Part shown: positions 37,927 through 46,714 of the stretch, one piece after another
How positions within the stretch are numbered: position 1 is the first letter of the stretch
Layout of the letters: each line of letters starts with the position of its first letter
Assembly (NCBI RefSeq): GCF_017355875.1
Contig: NZ_JAFEWC010000004.1
Location: forward strand, 12,989-76,988
Direction: 5' to 3'
Source of the DNA: Aridibaculum aurantiacum
GTDB taxonomy: Bacteria; Bacteroidota; Bacteroidia; Chitinophagales; Chitinophagaceae
DNA length: 64,000 bases
Program-made: the position numbers and the translations under genes
Notes under the pieces: model-generated
Seen by the model: only the letters and a program-made list of their open reading frames with translations
Databases searched by the model: none
What the model was told of the DNA's origin: nothing

Positions 37927-39294
37927 ATGAATAGAACTTCTAAACCTGTGCGGGCATTTGTATGGTTTTCGTCATTGCTTGTTCTCTTATCTGTAGTCTT
38001 ATATATTACCAGCCTTTCCGGAACCATTTCTTCAAAGCCAGCACTAATTGCTTTGGTTTGTGCATTATATACCGGCCTTCTATGTTTTGTAGCTATTCGC
38101 AAATATGCTTTTACTGCTACGGTTATTCTTTGTGCAAGCATTGCTATGATATTTCCACAAGCATTCATTGCATGGAATGGCTTTAGCCTTTCGCTGCTCA
38201 TTGTGCCGCTAATGCAGCTTATCATGTTTGGAATGGGCACCACGTTGAGCCCTGCTGATTTTGCACGAATTGCACGTTCACCCTTGCCAGTGCTGGTAGG
38301 ATTGATACTACAGTTTTCTATCATGCCTGTCGTAGGTTATATACTTGCTAACCTGTTTGGATTTGAAGGAGAAATTGCTGCGGGGATCATTTTAATCGGT
38401 TCCTGCTCGGGAGGTGTAGCCTCCAACCTGATGACATTTTTGGCTAAAGGAAATGTAGCGTTATCAGTCACCATGACCTTCTTCTCTACATTGGTTGCTC
38501 CTTTTGCAACACCTTACCTGATGAAAGTTTTTGCAGGTGCTTTTGTACCTATTGATCCCATCAAAATGATGTTCTCCATTTTGAACATGATCATTGTGCC
38601 GCTGCTTGCGGGGCTGGTAGCTCATGAGCTACTGTACAGCAAAAGAAAGTGGATGCAAGAAGTTTTTGTATTACTTGGGCTGGCTGCGGCGGCAGTTGTA
38701 CTGGCAGTACTTGCGCTAAAGAACAATCTATTGTTCGGTCCGCTTGCCAATGGTATCATGATGGGCAGCTTCCTTATCGCGCTTATCATAATCATTAAGC
38801 TGGTAATGAATAACGTGCTGCATAAGCAAGGCGATTGGATGGATGCAGTTCTGCCTCTTATTTCTATGGCTGGAATTTGTATCATTATCACCATCATCAT
38901 TGCGCAGACACATGAGGTTTTTACGGCTGTAGGTATATCGTTGCTCATCGCAGCTATCATTCATAATGCTGTTGGTTATACATTAGGCTATAGCTTTCCA
39001 CTTTGGATCGGGCTGCTGTATAGAAAAATGCGGAAGCTATCAGGTTTTGCAAGCAATGATAGACTGATAATAAGTGAAGCAGAAAGAAGAACAATAGCCA
39101 TAGAAGTAGGTATGCAGAATGGCGGAATGGCTACAGGTTTGGCCATTGATGTACTGCATAGTCATGTGGCGGCGCTTCCTGCAAATCTTTTTGGTACATG
39201 GATGAATATTTCAGGATCAATGCTGGCTAATTATTGGCAGCAAAAGCCTGTAGAAGACGAGACTGCCGATGAAGGGGAGAAGCAACCCAAGTAA
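37927..39294 (+). CDS. Bile acid:sodium symporter (BASS) family membrane transporter
   Basis: 455 aa polytopic membrane protein with a GMQNGGMATGLA motif characteristic of BASS/SBF transporters. Confidence 0.55.
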   Translation: MNRTSKPVRAFVWFSSLLVLLSVVLYITSLSGTISSKPALIALVCALYTGLLCFVAIRKYAFTATVILCASIAMIFPQAFIAWNGFSLSLLIVPLMQLIMFGMGTTLSPADFARIARSPLPVLVGLILQFSIMPVVGYILANLFGFEGEIAAGIILIGSCSGGVASNLMTFLAKGNVALSVTMTFFSTLVAPFATPYLMKVFAGAFVPIDPIKMMFSILNMIIVPLLAGLVAHELLYSKRKWMQEVFVLLGLAAAAVVLAVLALKNNLLFGPLANGIMMGSFLIALIIIIKLVMNNVLHKQGDWMDAVLPLISMAGICIIITIIIAQTHEVFTAVGISLLIAAIIHNAVGYTLGYSFPLWIGLLYRKMRKLSGFASNDRLIISEAERRTIAIEVGMQNGGMATGLAIDVLHSHVAALPANLFGTWMNISGSMLANYWQQKPVEDETADEGEKQPK

Positions 39295-39408
39295 GGCTGC
39301 TGAAAGAACTTTTCATTTTTCCTGCTTCAAATTATTATTGGCTATTTTCAGCCGGTAATATTGGATCTTCTATTTAGTCGGATCTCCAACCACCCAACGC
39401 ATCTGCTT

Positions 39409-40200
39409 ATGAAAACAAGTGTACTAGAACGCTATAACGTTACAATAACCGGGGAAGGAAAGCAACCTATGATGTTTGCCCACGGCCTTGGCTGTACCCA
39501 GATCATGTGGCGCTATATCTATCCTGCTTTTGAAAAAGACTACAAGATCATTCTCTTCGATTACCTGGGCAATGGTGGAAGCAGCAGTCAATCAAACTAT
39601 GAAAGCATACAAGATCATGCAAATGATGTATTGGAGATTATAGAGGCTCTACAGCTACAGGAGGTAATCTATGTTGGACACTCCATCAGCAGTATGATAG
39701 GAATGCTGGCATCAATTAAATCTCGAGGCGTGTTTAGCAAAATGATAATGGTAGCGCCCTCTCCACGCTATATCAACGACAAAGACTATGTAGGCGGCTT
39801 TGACAAACACGAGATACAGGAAGTGCTGGCGGTAATGAAAGAAAACATGAACAACTGGGCAAAGATGTTTATGCCACAGGTGGTGAGCGGAGATAATGCT
39901 GCAGCATTAAGCGAGGAACTTCGAGCCAGCTTTTGCAACACAGATAACATGGTAGCTTACAAATTTGCAGAGCAAGCATTTAATATTGATCTGCGGGACC
40001 AGCTACATAAGCATACTACGCCCACACTCATCCTGCAAGGAACCAATGACATAGTGGTGCCTGAGCGTGTGGGGCATTATCTAAAGGAGAATTTGCAAAA
40101 CAGCACATTGGTAGTGATGAAGGCGGTTGGTCATTATGCACATTTATCTGCCCCTGGTGAAACGGTGGAGCTGATACAGCAATACTTACAAGAAAATTAG
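39409..40200 (+). CDS. Alpha/beta-hydrolase, RsbQ/KAI2-like
   Basis: MMFAHGLGCTQIMW…YVGHSISSMIGM nucleophile elbow (GHSxS). Size is about 265 aa. The supplied ORF starts at 39361, but the conserved family N-terminus fits the Met at 39409. Confidence 0.7.
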   Translation: MKTSVLERYNVTITGEGKQPMMFAHGLGCTQIMWRYIYPAFEKDYKIILFDYLGNGGSSSQSNYESIQDHANDVLEIIEALQLQEVIYVGHSISSMIGMLASIKSRGVFSKMIMVAPSPRYINDKDYVGGFDKHEIQEVLAVMKENMNNWAKMFMPQVVSGDNAAALSEELRASFCNTDNMVAYKFAEQAFNIDLRDQLHKHTTPTLILQGTNDIVVPERVGHYLKENLQNSTLVVMKAVGHYAHLSAPGETVELIQQYLQEN

Positions 40201-40205
40201 CGTGA

Positions 40206-40577
40206 TCAACAAGAGAATAACTGGCGTAGGAGCAAGTCTACTTTCCGCTTGCTGATCTCTTTGCGGGTTATTTTATAACACCAGGTAAAAAGGCTCTCTT
40301 TGTTACTGTCGTATTCATTTATTCGCTGCACGATGTTGATGAAACAGGTTTCAAGTATATCTGCACTGGTAGCTTCGCCAAAAGGAACCTGTACAATGAA
40401 CCCGTAAAGTGGCTGCGAATACATGTCGTACAACCTGTTGATGGCGGTACTACTCTTACGTGCTATTTCCCTTGCAAGGGCAGCATCGGTAGCACGCTGA
40501 TGAGGCACTACCAGGTTCTGTACCCGCTGTGGAATGGAGATGGTGTTTGTTTGGTTCATACAGGAATCTATCCACAC
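40206..40577 (-). CDS. Truncated ECF-type sigma-70 region-2-only protein (possible gene remnant)
   Basis: The segment LYDMYSQPLYGFIVQVPFGEATSADILETCFINIVQRINEYDSNKESLFTWCYKITRKEI follows the region-2 pattern of ECF sigma factors. No region 4 is present, and the total length is only 123 aa. Confidence 0.35.
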   Translation of the reverse strand: MWIDSCMNQTNTISIPQRVQNLVVPHQRATDAALAREIARKSSTAINRLYDMYSQPLYGFIVQVPFGEATSADILETCFINIVQRINEYDSNKESLFTWCYKITRKEISKRKVDLLLRQLFSC

Positions 40578-40603
40578 AAATTATTATGCCAGCTGCTGCA
40601 GGT

Positions 40604-40912
40604 TTATTTATCCAGGTATCGCTCTCCTACTTCTGCAGGAACGAGTACTTCTACTCCCCAATCCTCTAAAATTTCTTCTTTTAGTTTTCGCACGATCTCT
40701 TCCAGCCCATGGTACCAATCAAGGTGCGGACTCCACTGGTCGCAGCCACCTTCAGGACCTATACATTGCGTATGATCCCAAACTTTTTTACATGATGGAC
40801 AGCGGCCGCCGGTGTCAAAGGTGTTCCATACATGGCCACACTCGCACATCCATTCTGAGTCTTCTGCAGGCTCCCACTGGCATTTAGGGCAGTATATGTC
40901 TATATTATCCAT
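40604..40912 (-). CDS. Small Cys-rich zinc-ribbon protein (hypothetical)
   Basis: 102 aa with about 10 Cys in CxxC/CxC clusters (CPKCQW…CECGH…CPSCKK…C). Acidic C-terminus. Confidence 0.4.
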   Translation of the reverse strand: MDNIDIYCPKCQWEPAEDSEWMCECGHVWNTFDTGGRCPSCKKVWDHTQCIGPEGGCDQWSPHLDWYHGLEEIVRKLKEEILEDWGVEVLVPAEVGERYLDK

Positions 40913-40932
40913 GGTTATTTCTTTTGTTCAAT

Positions 40933-42912
40933 TTAATAATTCAGCAGCTTTTGAATGTATTCATGCAGCCTGCTTTTAGCCATAAAATTTTTCTCCAACT
41001 CCATATTGAAAGGAATGGGAGTGTCGAGAGATGCACACCTGAGCACCGGTGCGTCCAGCATTTCAAAACAGTTTTCTGTGATCCATGCACTTAGCTCACC
41101 ACCAATGCCTCCTGTTAGTGTATCCTCGTGAAGCAGTAGCACCTTTCCCGTTCTACTTACCGCTTCTTTTATAGCAGTGTAATCTAAAGGAAGTAACGTA
41201 CGCAGGTCCAAAATGTTTATAGAAATACCTGCATTCTGCCCCGCATATTCCTGTGCCCAATGTACGCCGCTTCCATAAGTTATTATGGAAATATCGTCTC
41301 CCTCCTGCACTTTCCGTGCTTTACCTATTTCTACTTCATAATATTCTGCAGGCACATCGCCGCTTACGCTTCGGTATAGCGCCTTGTGTTCAAAAAACAT
41401 AACCGGATTTGGATCGTTGATAGCAGCTATCAGCAATCCTTTTGCATCGGCTGGAGTTGATGGATACACCACCTTTAGCCCCGGTGTATGTACAAACCAG
41501 GCTTCGTTGCTCTGGCTGTGGAAAGGACCCGCACCTACACCGCCACCTGTAGGCATACGTATTACCACATCGGCATTCTGGCCCCATCGGTAGTGGATCT
41601 TTGCCAGGTTATTTACGATCTGGTTGAAGCCAACAGAAACGAAATCGGCAAATTGCATTTCCATCATGCTCTTATAGCCTTCCAGGCTCAATCCCAGTGC
41701 ACTGCCTACAATGGCACTTTCGCACAGCGGTGTGTTGCGAACTCGTTCTTTACCAAACTCCTGCAAAAAGCCTTCTGTAATTTTGAATGCACCACCATAT
41801 TCCGCTATATCCTGCCCCATCAGCACCAGGTTTTCATGCTTTTGCATCGACTGGTGCAGCCCTTCTTTTATGGCATCTATAAACCGGAGGTTGCGGCCAG
41901 ATGCCGCAGGTTGGGTGCTTGTGGATGAAGTGTAAGGCGCGTAAACATCGGACAGCTCTTCTTCTGTATTTGGTTGTATATCTGCCGCCTCGAAAGCGAG
42001 TTGTAGTTCTGATTCTATGTATGCCTTGAACTCCGCCTGGTTGTCTTCTATCTGTTGCTGTGTAAGCACCGAAGACTCCAGAAGAAAGTGTTGGAAGTTT
42101 TTGATCGGGTCGTTCTTGCTCCACTCCTCGAACAGGTGCGAGGGAACATATTTTACCCCGCTGGCTTCTTCGTGTCCACGCATCCTGAAGGTCATACACT
42201 CTATCAGGTAAGGCTTCTGCTCCCTGATGCAATACTCACGAATACCATTGATGGTGTCGTACACTTCCAGCACATTGTTACCGTCTATACGTACTCCATC
42301 CATACCATAACCTTTGGCCCTGTCTACCAGTCTTTCGCAGCGATATTGTTCATTAACCGGTGTGCTTAGGCCATAACCATTGTTTTCAATAATAAAAATT
42401 ACCGGCAGGTCCCATACTGCAGCTACATTCAGCGCTTCATGAAAATCTCCTTCGCTTGTACCACCATCGCCGGTAAAAGCAAGGGAAACCTTATTTTCTT
42501 TTTTAAGCTTGTAAGCCAGCGCTACACCATCTGCTATGGCCAGTTGCGGACCAAGATGCGAGATCATACCGCAGATATGATGTTCTTTAGAGCCAAAATG
42601 GAAGCTGCGTTCGCGGCCTTTGCTGTAGCCTTCTTTGTTGCCCTGCCACTGCATGAAGAGCTTGTGCAAAGGCATTTTACGGGTTGTAAAAACACCGAGG
42701 TTCCGGTGCAGCGGCATCATCCATTCATCGTGCTGTAAAGCGAGTGCTGCACCAACAGAAATGGCTTCCTGTCCAATACCACTGAACCACTTGCTGATCT
42801 TTCCCTGCCGCAGGAGCACCAGCATCTTTTCTTCGATCATCCGGGGCAGAAGCAGGTTGCGGTAGGTAAATATCAGCTGGTCGTTGGTGAGGTCCTTACG
42901 GTGAAATTGCAT
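40933..42912 (-). CDS. 2-oxoacid (pyruvate/branched-chain) dehydrogenase E1 component, fused alpha/beta subunits
   Basis: 659 aa. The N-terminal half has an alpha-subunit TPP motif (GDGGTSEGDFHEALNVAA). The C-terminal half is a beta/transketolase-like domain (…TPLCESAIVG…). Confidence 0.8.
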   Translation of the reverse strand: MQFHRKDLTNDQLIFTYRNLLLPRMIEEKMLVLLRQGKISKWFSGIGQEAISVGAALALQHDEWMMPLHRNLGVFTTRKMPLHKLFMQWQGNKEGYSKGRERSFHFGSKEHHICGMISHLGPQLAIADGVALAYKLKKENKVSLAFTGDGGTSEGDFHEALNVAAVWDLPVIFIIENNGYGLSTPVNEQYRCERLVDRAKGYGMDGVRIDGNNVLEVYDTINGIREYCIREQKPYLIECMTFRMRGHEEASGVKYVPSHLFEEWSKNDPIKNFQHFLLESSVLTQQQIEDNQAEFKAYIESELQLAFEAADIQPNTEEELSDVYAPYTSSTSTQPAASGRNLRFIDAIKEGLHQSMQKHENLVLMGQDIAEYGGAFKITEGFLQEFGKERVRNTPLCESAIVGSALGLSLEGYKSMMEMQFADFVSVGFNQIVNNLAKIHYRWGQNADVVIRMPTGGGVGAGPFHSQSNEAWFVHTPGLKVVYPSTPADAKGLLIAAINDPNPVMFFEHKALYRSVSGDVPAEYYEVEIGKARKVQEGDDISIITYGSGVHWAQEYAGQNAGISINILDLRTLLPLDYTAIKEAVSRTGKVLLLHEDTLTGGIGGELSAWITENCFEMLDAPVLRCASLDTPIPFNMELEKNFMAKSRLHEYIQKLLNY

Positions 42913-43324
42913 ATGGAAGTAATTACGGCTAAGATAGGGAATGAGCGGAATGGTTGATGCTGGATACTTGATGGTAGATTGGAGGATGGATGTTTCATGC
43001 TGGATACTTGATGCTAGATGCTGGATAGCCTAAGCATGCAATGTCATCCCGACGAAGGAGGGATCTCCCATCAAGTAAGTTGGAAGTTGGTTGTTGCAGG
43101 TTGGAGGAGATGCCTCGTACCTCGGCATGACAAGCCATTGAATGTCATCCCGACGAAAGAGGGATCCCCTTAAAGTAAGTTGGAAGATGGAGGTTGGAGG
43201 TTGGAAGTTGAAGAGATGCCTCGTACCTCGGCACGACAGCAATTAATCAAACAGCAGGCTGCAAGAAATGCCAAAGCCGGTATTGATACCGGCTTCCAAA
43301 TATTATTAGATATACCTGCTCTTG
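42913..43324. repeat. Intergenic block of palindromic (MITE/REP-like) repeat units
   Basis: Two tandem ~95-bp units, each GTCATCCCGACGAAGGAGGGATC…(GTTGGAAGTTGG-rich spacer)…GAGATGCCTCGTACCTCGGCATGAC. The flanks are near-inverted. The block is preceded by three GCTGGATACTTGATG(C/G)TAGAT copies. Confidence 0.7.
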
Positions 43325-43681
43325 CTATTTCTCTTTCCTGTTCAACCCAAAGAAAGCCTCTATAAGAGAAGAGGAAATGGAAACGATGAAGCTGAACAGC
43401 AGGGCACTGAACCAGCTGCCTACCCTGAAACCCGGAACCAGATCGGACGTCCACATGATGATGAGTATGTTGATGACCAGGAGAAATAGCCCCAGCGTGA
43501 ATATGGTGATGGGAATGGTTAGCAAAATAAGAATGGGGCGAACGATTGCATTGAGCAAGCCAAGCACCAACGCTACAACAATGGCCGTCCACGAGCTGTT
43601 GACGGTAACTGCAGGTAGTATCCATGAAGCTATCAATACAGCTATGGCTGTTATCAGGATCTTGATGATAATACGGTGCAT
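43325..43681 (-). CDS. DUF360/YvlD-like 4-TM membrane protein (phage holin family 4)
   Basis: 118 aa. The N-terminal half follows the DUF360 pattern (…IVVALVLGLLNAIVRPILILLTIPITIFTLGLFLLVINILI…). The C-terminal half, including a recalled PGF motif, fits less closely. Confidence 0.5.
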   Translation of the reverse strand: MHRIIIKILITAIAVLIASWILPAVTVNSSWTAIVVALVLGLLNAIVRPILILLTIPITIFTLGLFLLVINILIIMWTSDLVPGFRVGSWFSALLFSFIVSISSSLIEAFFGLNRKEK

Positions 43682-43934
43682 AGGTGAAGTTATTTAGTTA
43701 GTTCCTGGTTTCTTTTCCTGGTTTTGCTCCCGGTGTCATGCCGACGAAGGAGGCATCTCCTTTGGCGGTGGTGGGTTTATGTTTTTAGTTCCTGGTTTCT
43801 TGTTCCTGGTTTTGCTCCTACTGTCATACCGACGAAGGAGGCATCCGCAAAAAATTATTTAGTTTCTTGTTCCTGGTTCCAAGTTTCTGTCCAGTAATCA
43901 CTGATCTCCAATCACTGATCTCTGATCTCTCCTA
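43682..43934. repeat. About 2.3 copies of an ~80-bp tandem repeat carrying the GTCATGCCGACGAAGGAGGCATC element, plus an AATCACTGATCTC microsatellite
   Basis: tagttcctggtttcttttcctggttttgctcc…gtcatgccgacgaaggaggcatc is repeated at ~43693 and ~43786. A partial third copy follows, then aatcactgatctccaatcactgatctctgatctc. Confidence 0.7.
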
Positions 43935-45215
43935 TCAAACAACCACCAGCTCATAAAACTCCTCGGGCACCAGGTATTTTTCTGCCAGCTCTTTTATCTC
44001 TTCTGCGTTTATGTTTTTGATGGTGTTGATAGACGTATAGAAATAGCTTTCATCCAGCCCGTTCAGCACATAGTTTTTCCAGCGTGCGATTATCTGGAAA
44101 GGACCGTCAAGATCGCCAAGTATACTTCCGATCATGTAATTGCGTACTAGCGAAAGTTCATCTTCGTCAACCAATTCCTCACGCAGTCCTTGCATCTCTT
44201 TGTACACCTCGGCTATGGTTGCTTCGCTCACATCACGGCCTGCTTCGGTGCTTATCATCCACGCGCTGGTTTGCACATGATTTTGAAAATAGCTGTGGAT
44301 GCCGTAGGTATAGCCTTTGTCTTCGCGGATGTTGCTCATCAGTCGCGAGCCAAAGAAACCTCCAAACAAGCTGTTCAGAACCTGCACTTTTATAAAATCA
44401 GGGTGATGACGATTAGGAAACGGGCGGGCAATGCGTATCGCGCCTTGTACGCCATTTTCATCGTTCATTATCCTGTACTTCTTTTCGCTGGCTGCAGTAG
44501 GCAGTATTTCCTTTGCTGCAGGCGCAGTGCCTTTTAGTGGTAAATGCCCCAGCACCTTATTAAGCTGCTCCATCATATCGGCTGGTATTTTACCTGCAAC
44601 AAATATGACACAGCTACCATGGCGGTAGTACTGGTCGTAAAAAGCAACAATGCTTTCCCGCTCCAAAGCCTCGTAATCTTCCATAGAAGTATAGCGTCCA
44701 TACGGATGATGGAAGCCATAGATGTACTCATCGATAAGACGGTTGGCAACAAAGTCAGCCTTTTTCATGCTCACTTTTAGCCGCTGCTTTTGGTTCTGCT
44801 TATAAATGGCTAATTCTTCTGACGGAAAAATAGAATCTGTAAGCAGTTCACCTACAACAGGCAAAACCGTATTCAGGTGCTTGGTAAGACCATGCAGAGT
44901 GATATTGGCTGTTTCGTTGTAGCAGTTACGGTTCAGGTAAGCGCCGTAGTATTCGAAGTGCTCATTGATTTCGAAAGCTGTGCGGGATGAGGTGCCATTC
45001 TTCAACATGAAATTGGCGGTACCTGCAACGATGTTCTGCTCTTCATACCAGTTTCCTGCAAAGAACACCAGCTCTACCAGTGTTACTTCCTGTGCACCGG
45101 CATCTATGGCATATACCTGCACACCATTATCCAAGGTAAATCGTTCACATTGCTGCAGTTGAAGATCAAAATCAACGGCATCTTTTATAGGGGGAGCTTG
45201 TGTTCTGTCTATCAT
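43935..45215 (-). CDS. M16-family peptidase, non-catalytic (insulinase-like) subunit
   Basis: 426 aa with the M16 fold pattern and no HxxEH motif. It is paired with the catalytic M16 gene upstream. Confidence 0.75.
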   Translation of the reverse strand: MIDRTQAPPIKDAVDFDLQLQQCERFTLDNGVQVYAIDAGAQEVTLVELVFFAGNWYEEQNIVAGTANFMLKNGTSSRTAFEINEHFEYYGAYLNRNCYNETANITLHGLTKHLNTVLPVVGELLTDSIFPSEELAIYKQNQKQRLKVSMKKADFVANRLIDEYIYGFHHPYGRYTSMEDYEALERESIVAFYDQYYRHGSCVIFVAGKIPADMMEQLNKVLGHLPLKGTAPAAKEILPTAASEKKYRIMNDENGVQGAIRIARPFPNRHHPDFIKVQVLNSLFGGFFGSRLMSNIREDKGYTYGIHSYFQNHVQTSAWMISTEAGRDVSEATIAEVYKEMQGLREELVDEDELSLVRNYMIGSILGDLDGPFQIIARWKNYVLNGLDESYFYTSINTIKNINAEEIKELAEKYLVPEEFYELVVV

Positions 45216-45322
45216 TTTATTGCTGTTAAAGGGTACCTCGCAGATCCTTTAGTTTTGTTTCCACTTATGATCTTCCGTATATAAATCAAATTGTTGATCA
45301 CAAGCCTGGTGATATTTCTCAA

Positions 45323-46561
45323 TTAACTCTTGCTGAAGTAATGCATGGTGCTGCTGTTGGCTTCATCAAATATTTCTTTAGCAGTTTCTTTCAGGTCTTC
45401 AGCGGTTACCTGCTGGTAGCGCTCCAGTTCGGTGTTCATCATGTTAGCATCGCCCAGCAGCTCATAGAAAGCAAGGCTATTAGCGCGGTTCATGATTGTC
45501 ATGTCTTCAAAAGCGATCACACTTTCCGTCTTGTTCTTCACCTTCTGTAGTTCCGTTTCACTTACAAGGTCAGCCTGCATCTTTTCTACTTCTTCCTGTA
45601 CCGCTTTTTCAGCCTCTTCCATTTTCACACCTTTTACCAGCTTGCCTTCTATGGTAAGCAGGCCAGGTTCTATGCTGCCCATGTGGTAACAGTCGATATT
45701 GCTAAAAAGCTGGCGTTCCTTTACCAGCGCCTGGTATAGTCTTGAAGAACCTCCACCACTTAATACATCAGAAATAAGATCAGCTGTATAGTATCCTTTC
45801 TCAAGTCGTGAAGCTATATGCCATGCTTTGTAGAAAGCATCTAATGGCACATCGGCCTCTACCGTCAGAAGTCTATGCTGTGTTTGTTTTGGCTCCTGCG
45901 GCAGGTTACGATTGTATTTTTCACCCATTTCTATAGGACCAAACCATTTTTCCGACAGGCGTTTTACCTCTTCCAGCTTTACATGTCCCGACACTACCAA
46001 TATGGCATTCACTGGGCGGTAGTGCTTAAAGAAGAAATTCTTTACATCCACCAGGCGTGCATTTTCTACATGGCTTAAGTCTTTACCAATCGTCATCCAT
46101 TTATAAGGATGTGTAGTATAAGCCAGTTCACGCAGCTTATGCCATACATCTCCATATGGCTTGTTGATGTAGTGCTCTTTAAATTCTTCGCACACCACTT
46201 TGCGCTGTACGTCCAGGCTTTTTTCGCTAAACGCCAGGCTCAACATGCGGTCACTTTCAAGCCAGAAAGCTGTTTCCAGGTTTTCGGCAGGAAGCTGAAT
46301 ATAATAATTGGTGAGATCGTTGGTTGTGTAAGCATTGTTCTCTCCACCTGCCATTTGTAATGGCTCATCATAATCTTCTATGTTAATGCTACCACCAAAC
46401 ATCAGGTGCTCAAACAAATGCGCAAACCCTGTTCGATCAGGATCTTCATCGCGGGCTCCTACATCATACATCACATTTACCACAGCCATAGGTGTGCTAT
46501 GGTCTTCATGCACTATCACTCTTAAACCATTATCCAGGACAAACCGATCGAATTGTATCAT
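45323..46561 (-). CDS. M16-family zinc peptidase (catalytic subunit)
   Basis: Inverted zinc-binding motif HLFEHLMFGGS (HxxEH) near the N-terminus. 412 aa. Confidence 0.85.
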   Translation of the reverse strand: MIQFDRFVLDNGLRVIVHEDHSTPMAVVNVMYDVGARDEDPDRTGFAHLFEHLMFGGSINIEDYDEPLQMAGGENNAYTTNDLTNYYIQLPAENLETAFWLESDRMLSLAFSEKSLDVQRKVVCEEFKEHYINKPYGDVWHKLRELAYTTHPYKWMTIGKDLSHVENARLVDVKNFFFKHYRPVNAILVVSGHVKLEEVKRLSEKWFGPIEMGEKYNRNLPQEPKQTQHRLLTVEADVPLDAFYKAWHIASRLEKGYYTADLISDVLSGGGSSRLYQALVKERQLFSNIDCYHMGSIEPGLLTIEGKLVKGVKMEEAEKAVQEEVEKMQADLVSETELQKVKNKTESVIAFEDMTIMNRANSLAFYELLGDANMMNTELERYQQVTAEDLKETAKEIFDEANSSTMHYFSKS

Positions 46562-46647
46562 ATATAATAAAGAGGGTGCAAATTATGTAAAATCTAGAGG
46601 ACGGCTCTAATTCAAATCCTCCACCAGTACGGCAGACATCCCTGCAA

Positions 46648-46690
46648 ACTTTTTCTCTTAAATAAAAACTGCCTCCGTTAGGAAGCAGTC
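46648..46690 (-). terminator. Rho-independent terminator after the nuclease gene
   Basis: CTGCTTCC-taac-GGAGGCAG hairpin followed by TTTTTATTT on the minus strand, about 25 bp 3' of the stop at 46715. Confidence 0.55.
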
Positions 46691-46714
46691 ATATAAACAC
46701 TATTGATTAGCTTC

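Noticed and set aside
37818-38324. 168-aa minus-strand ORF overlapping the start of the BASS transporter
   Set aside because: It overlaps a well-supported + strand membrane transporter and its upstream region. It has no motifs and is likely a spurious antisense ORF.
43325-43681. Prophage remnant, based on the DUF360 phage-holin-family gene
   Set aside because: It is a single small membrane gene with no endolysin, capsid, tail or integrase genes. The DUF360 family is common in non-phage contexts.
43682-43934. Possible CRISPR array (direct repeats with a palindromic core)
   Set aside because: Only about 2.3 copies. The units are ~80 bp with sub-repeats and no unique spacers of regular length. 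No cas genes are nearby. It fits a tandem/MITE-like repeat better.
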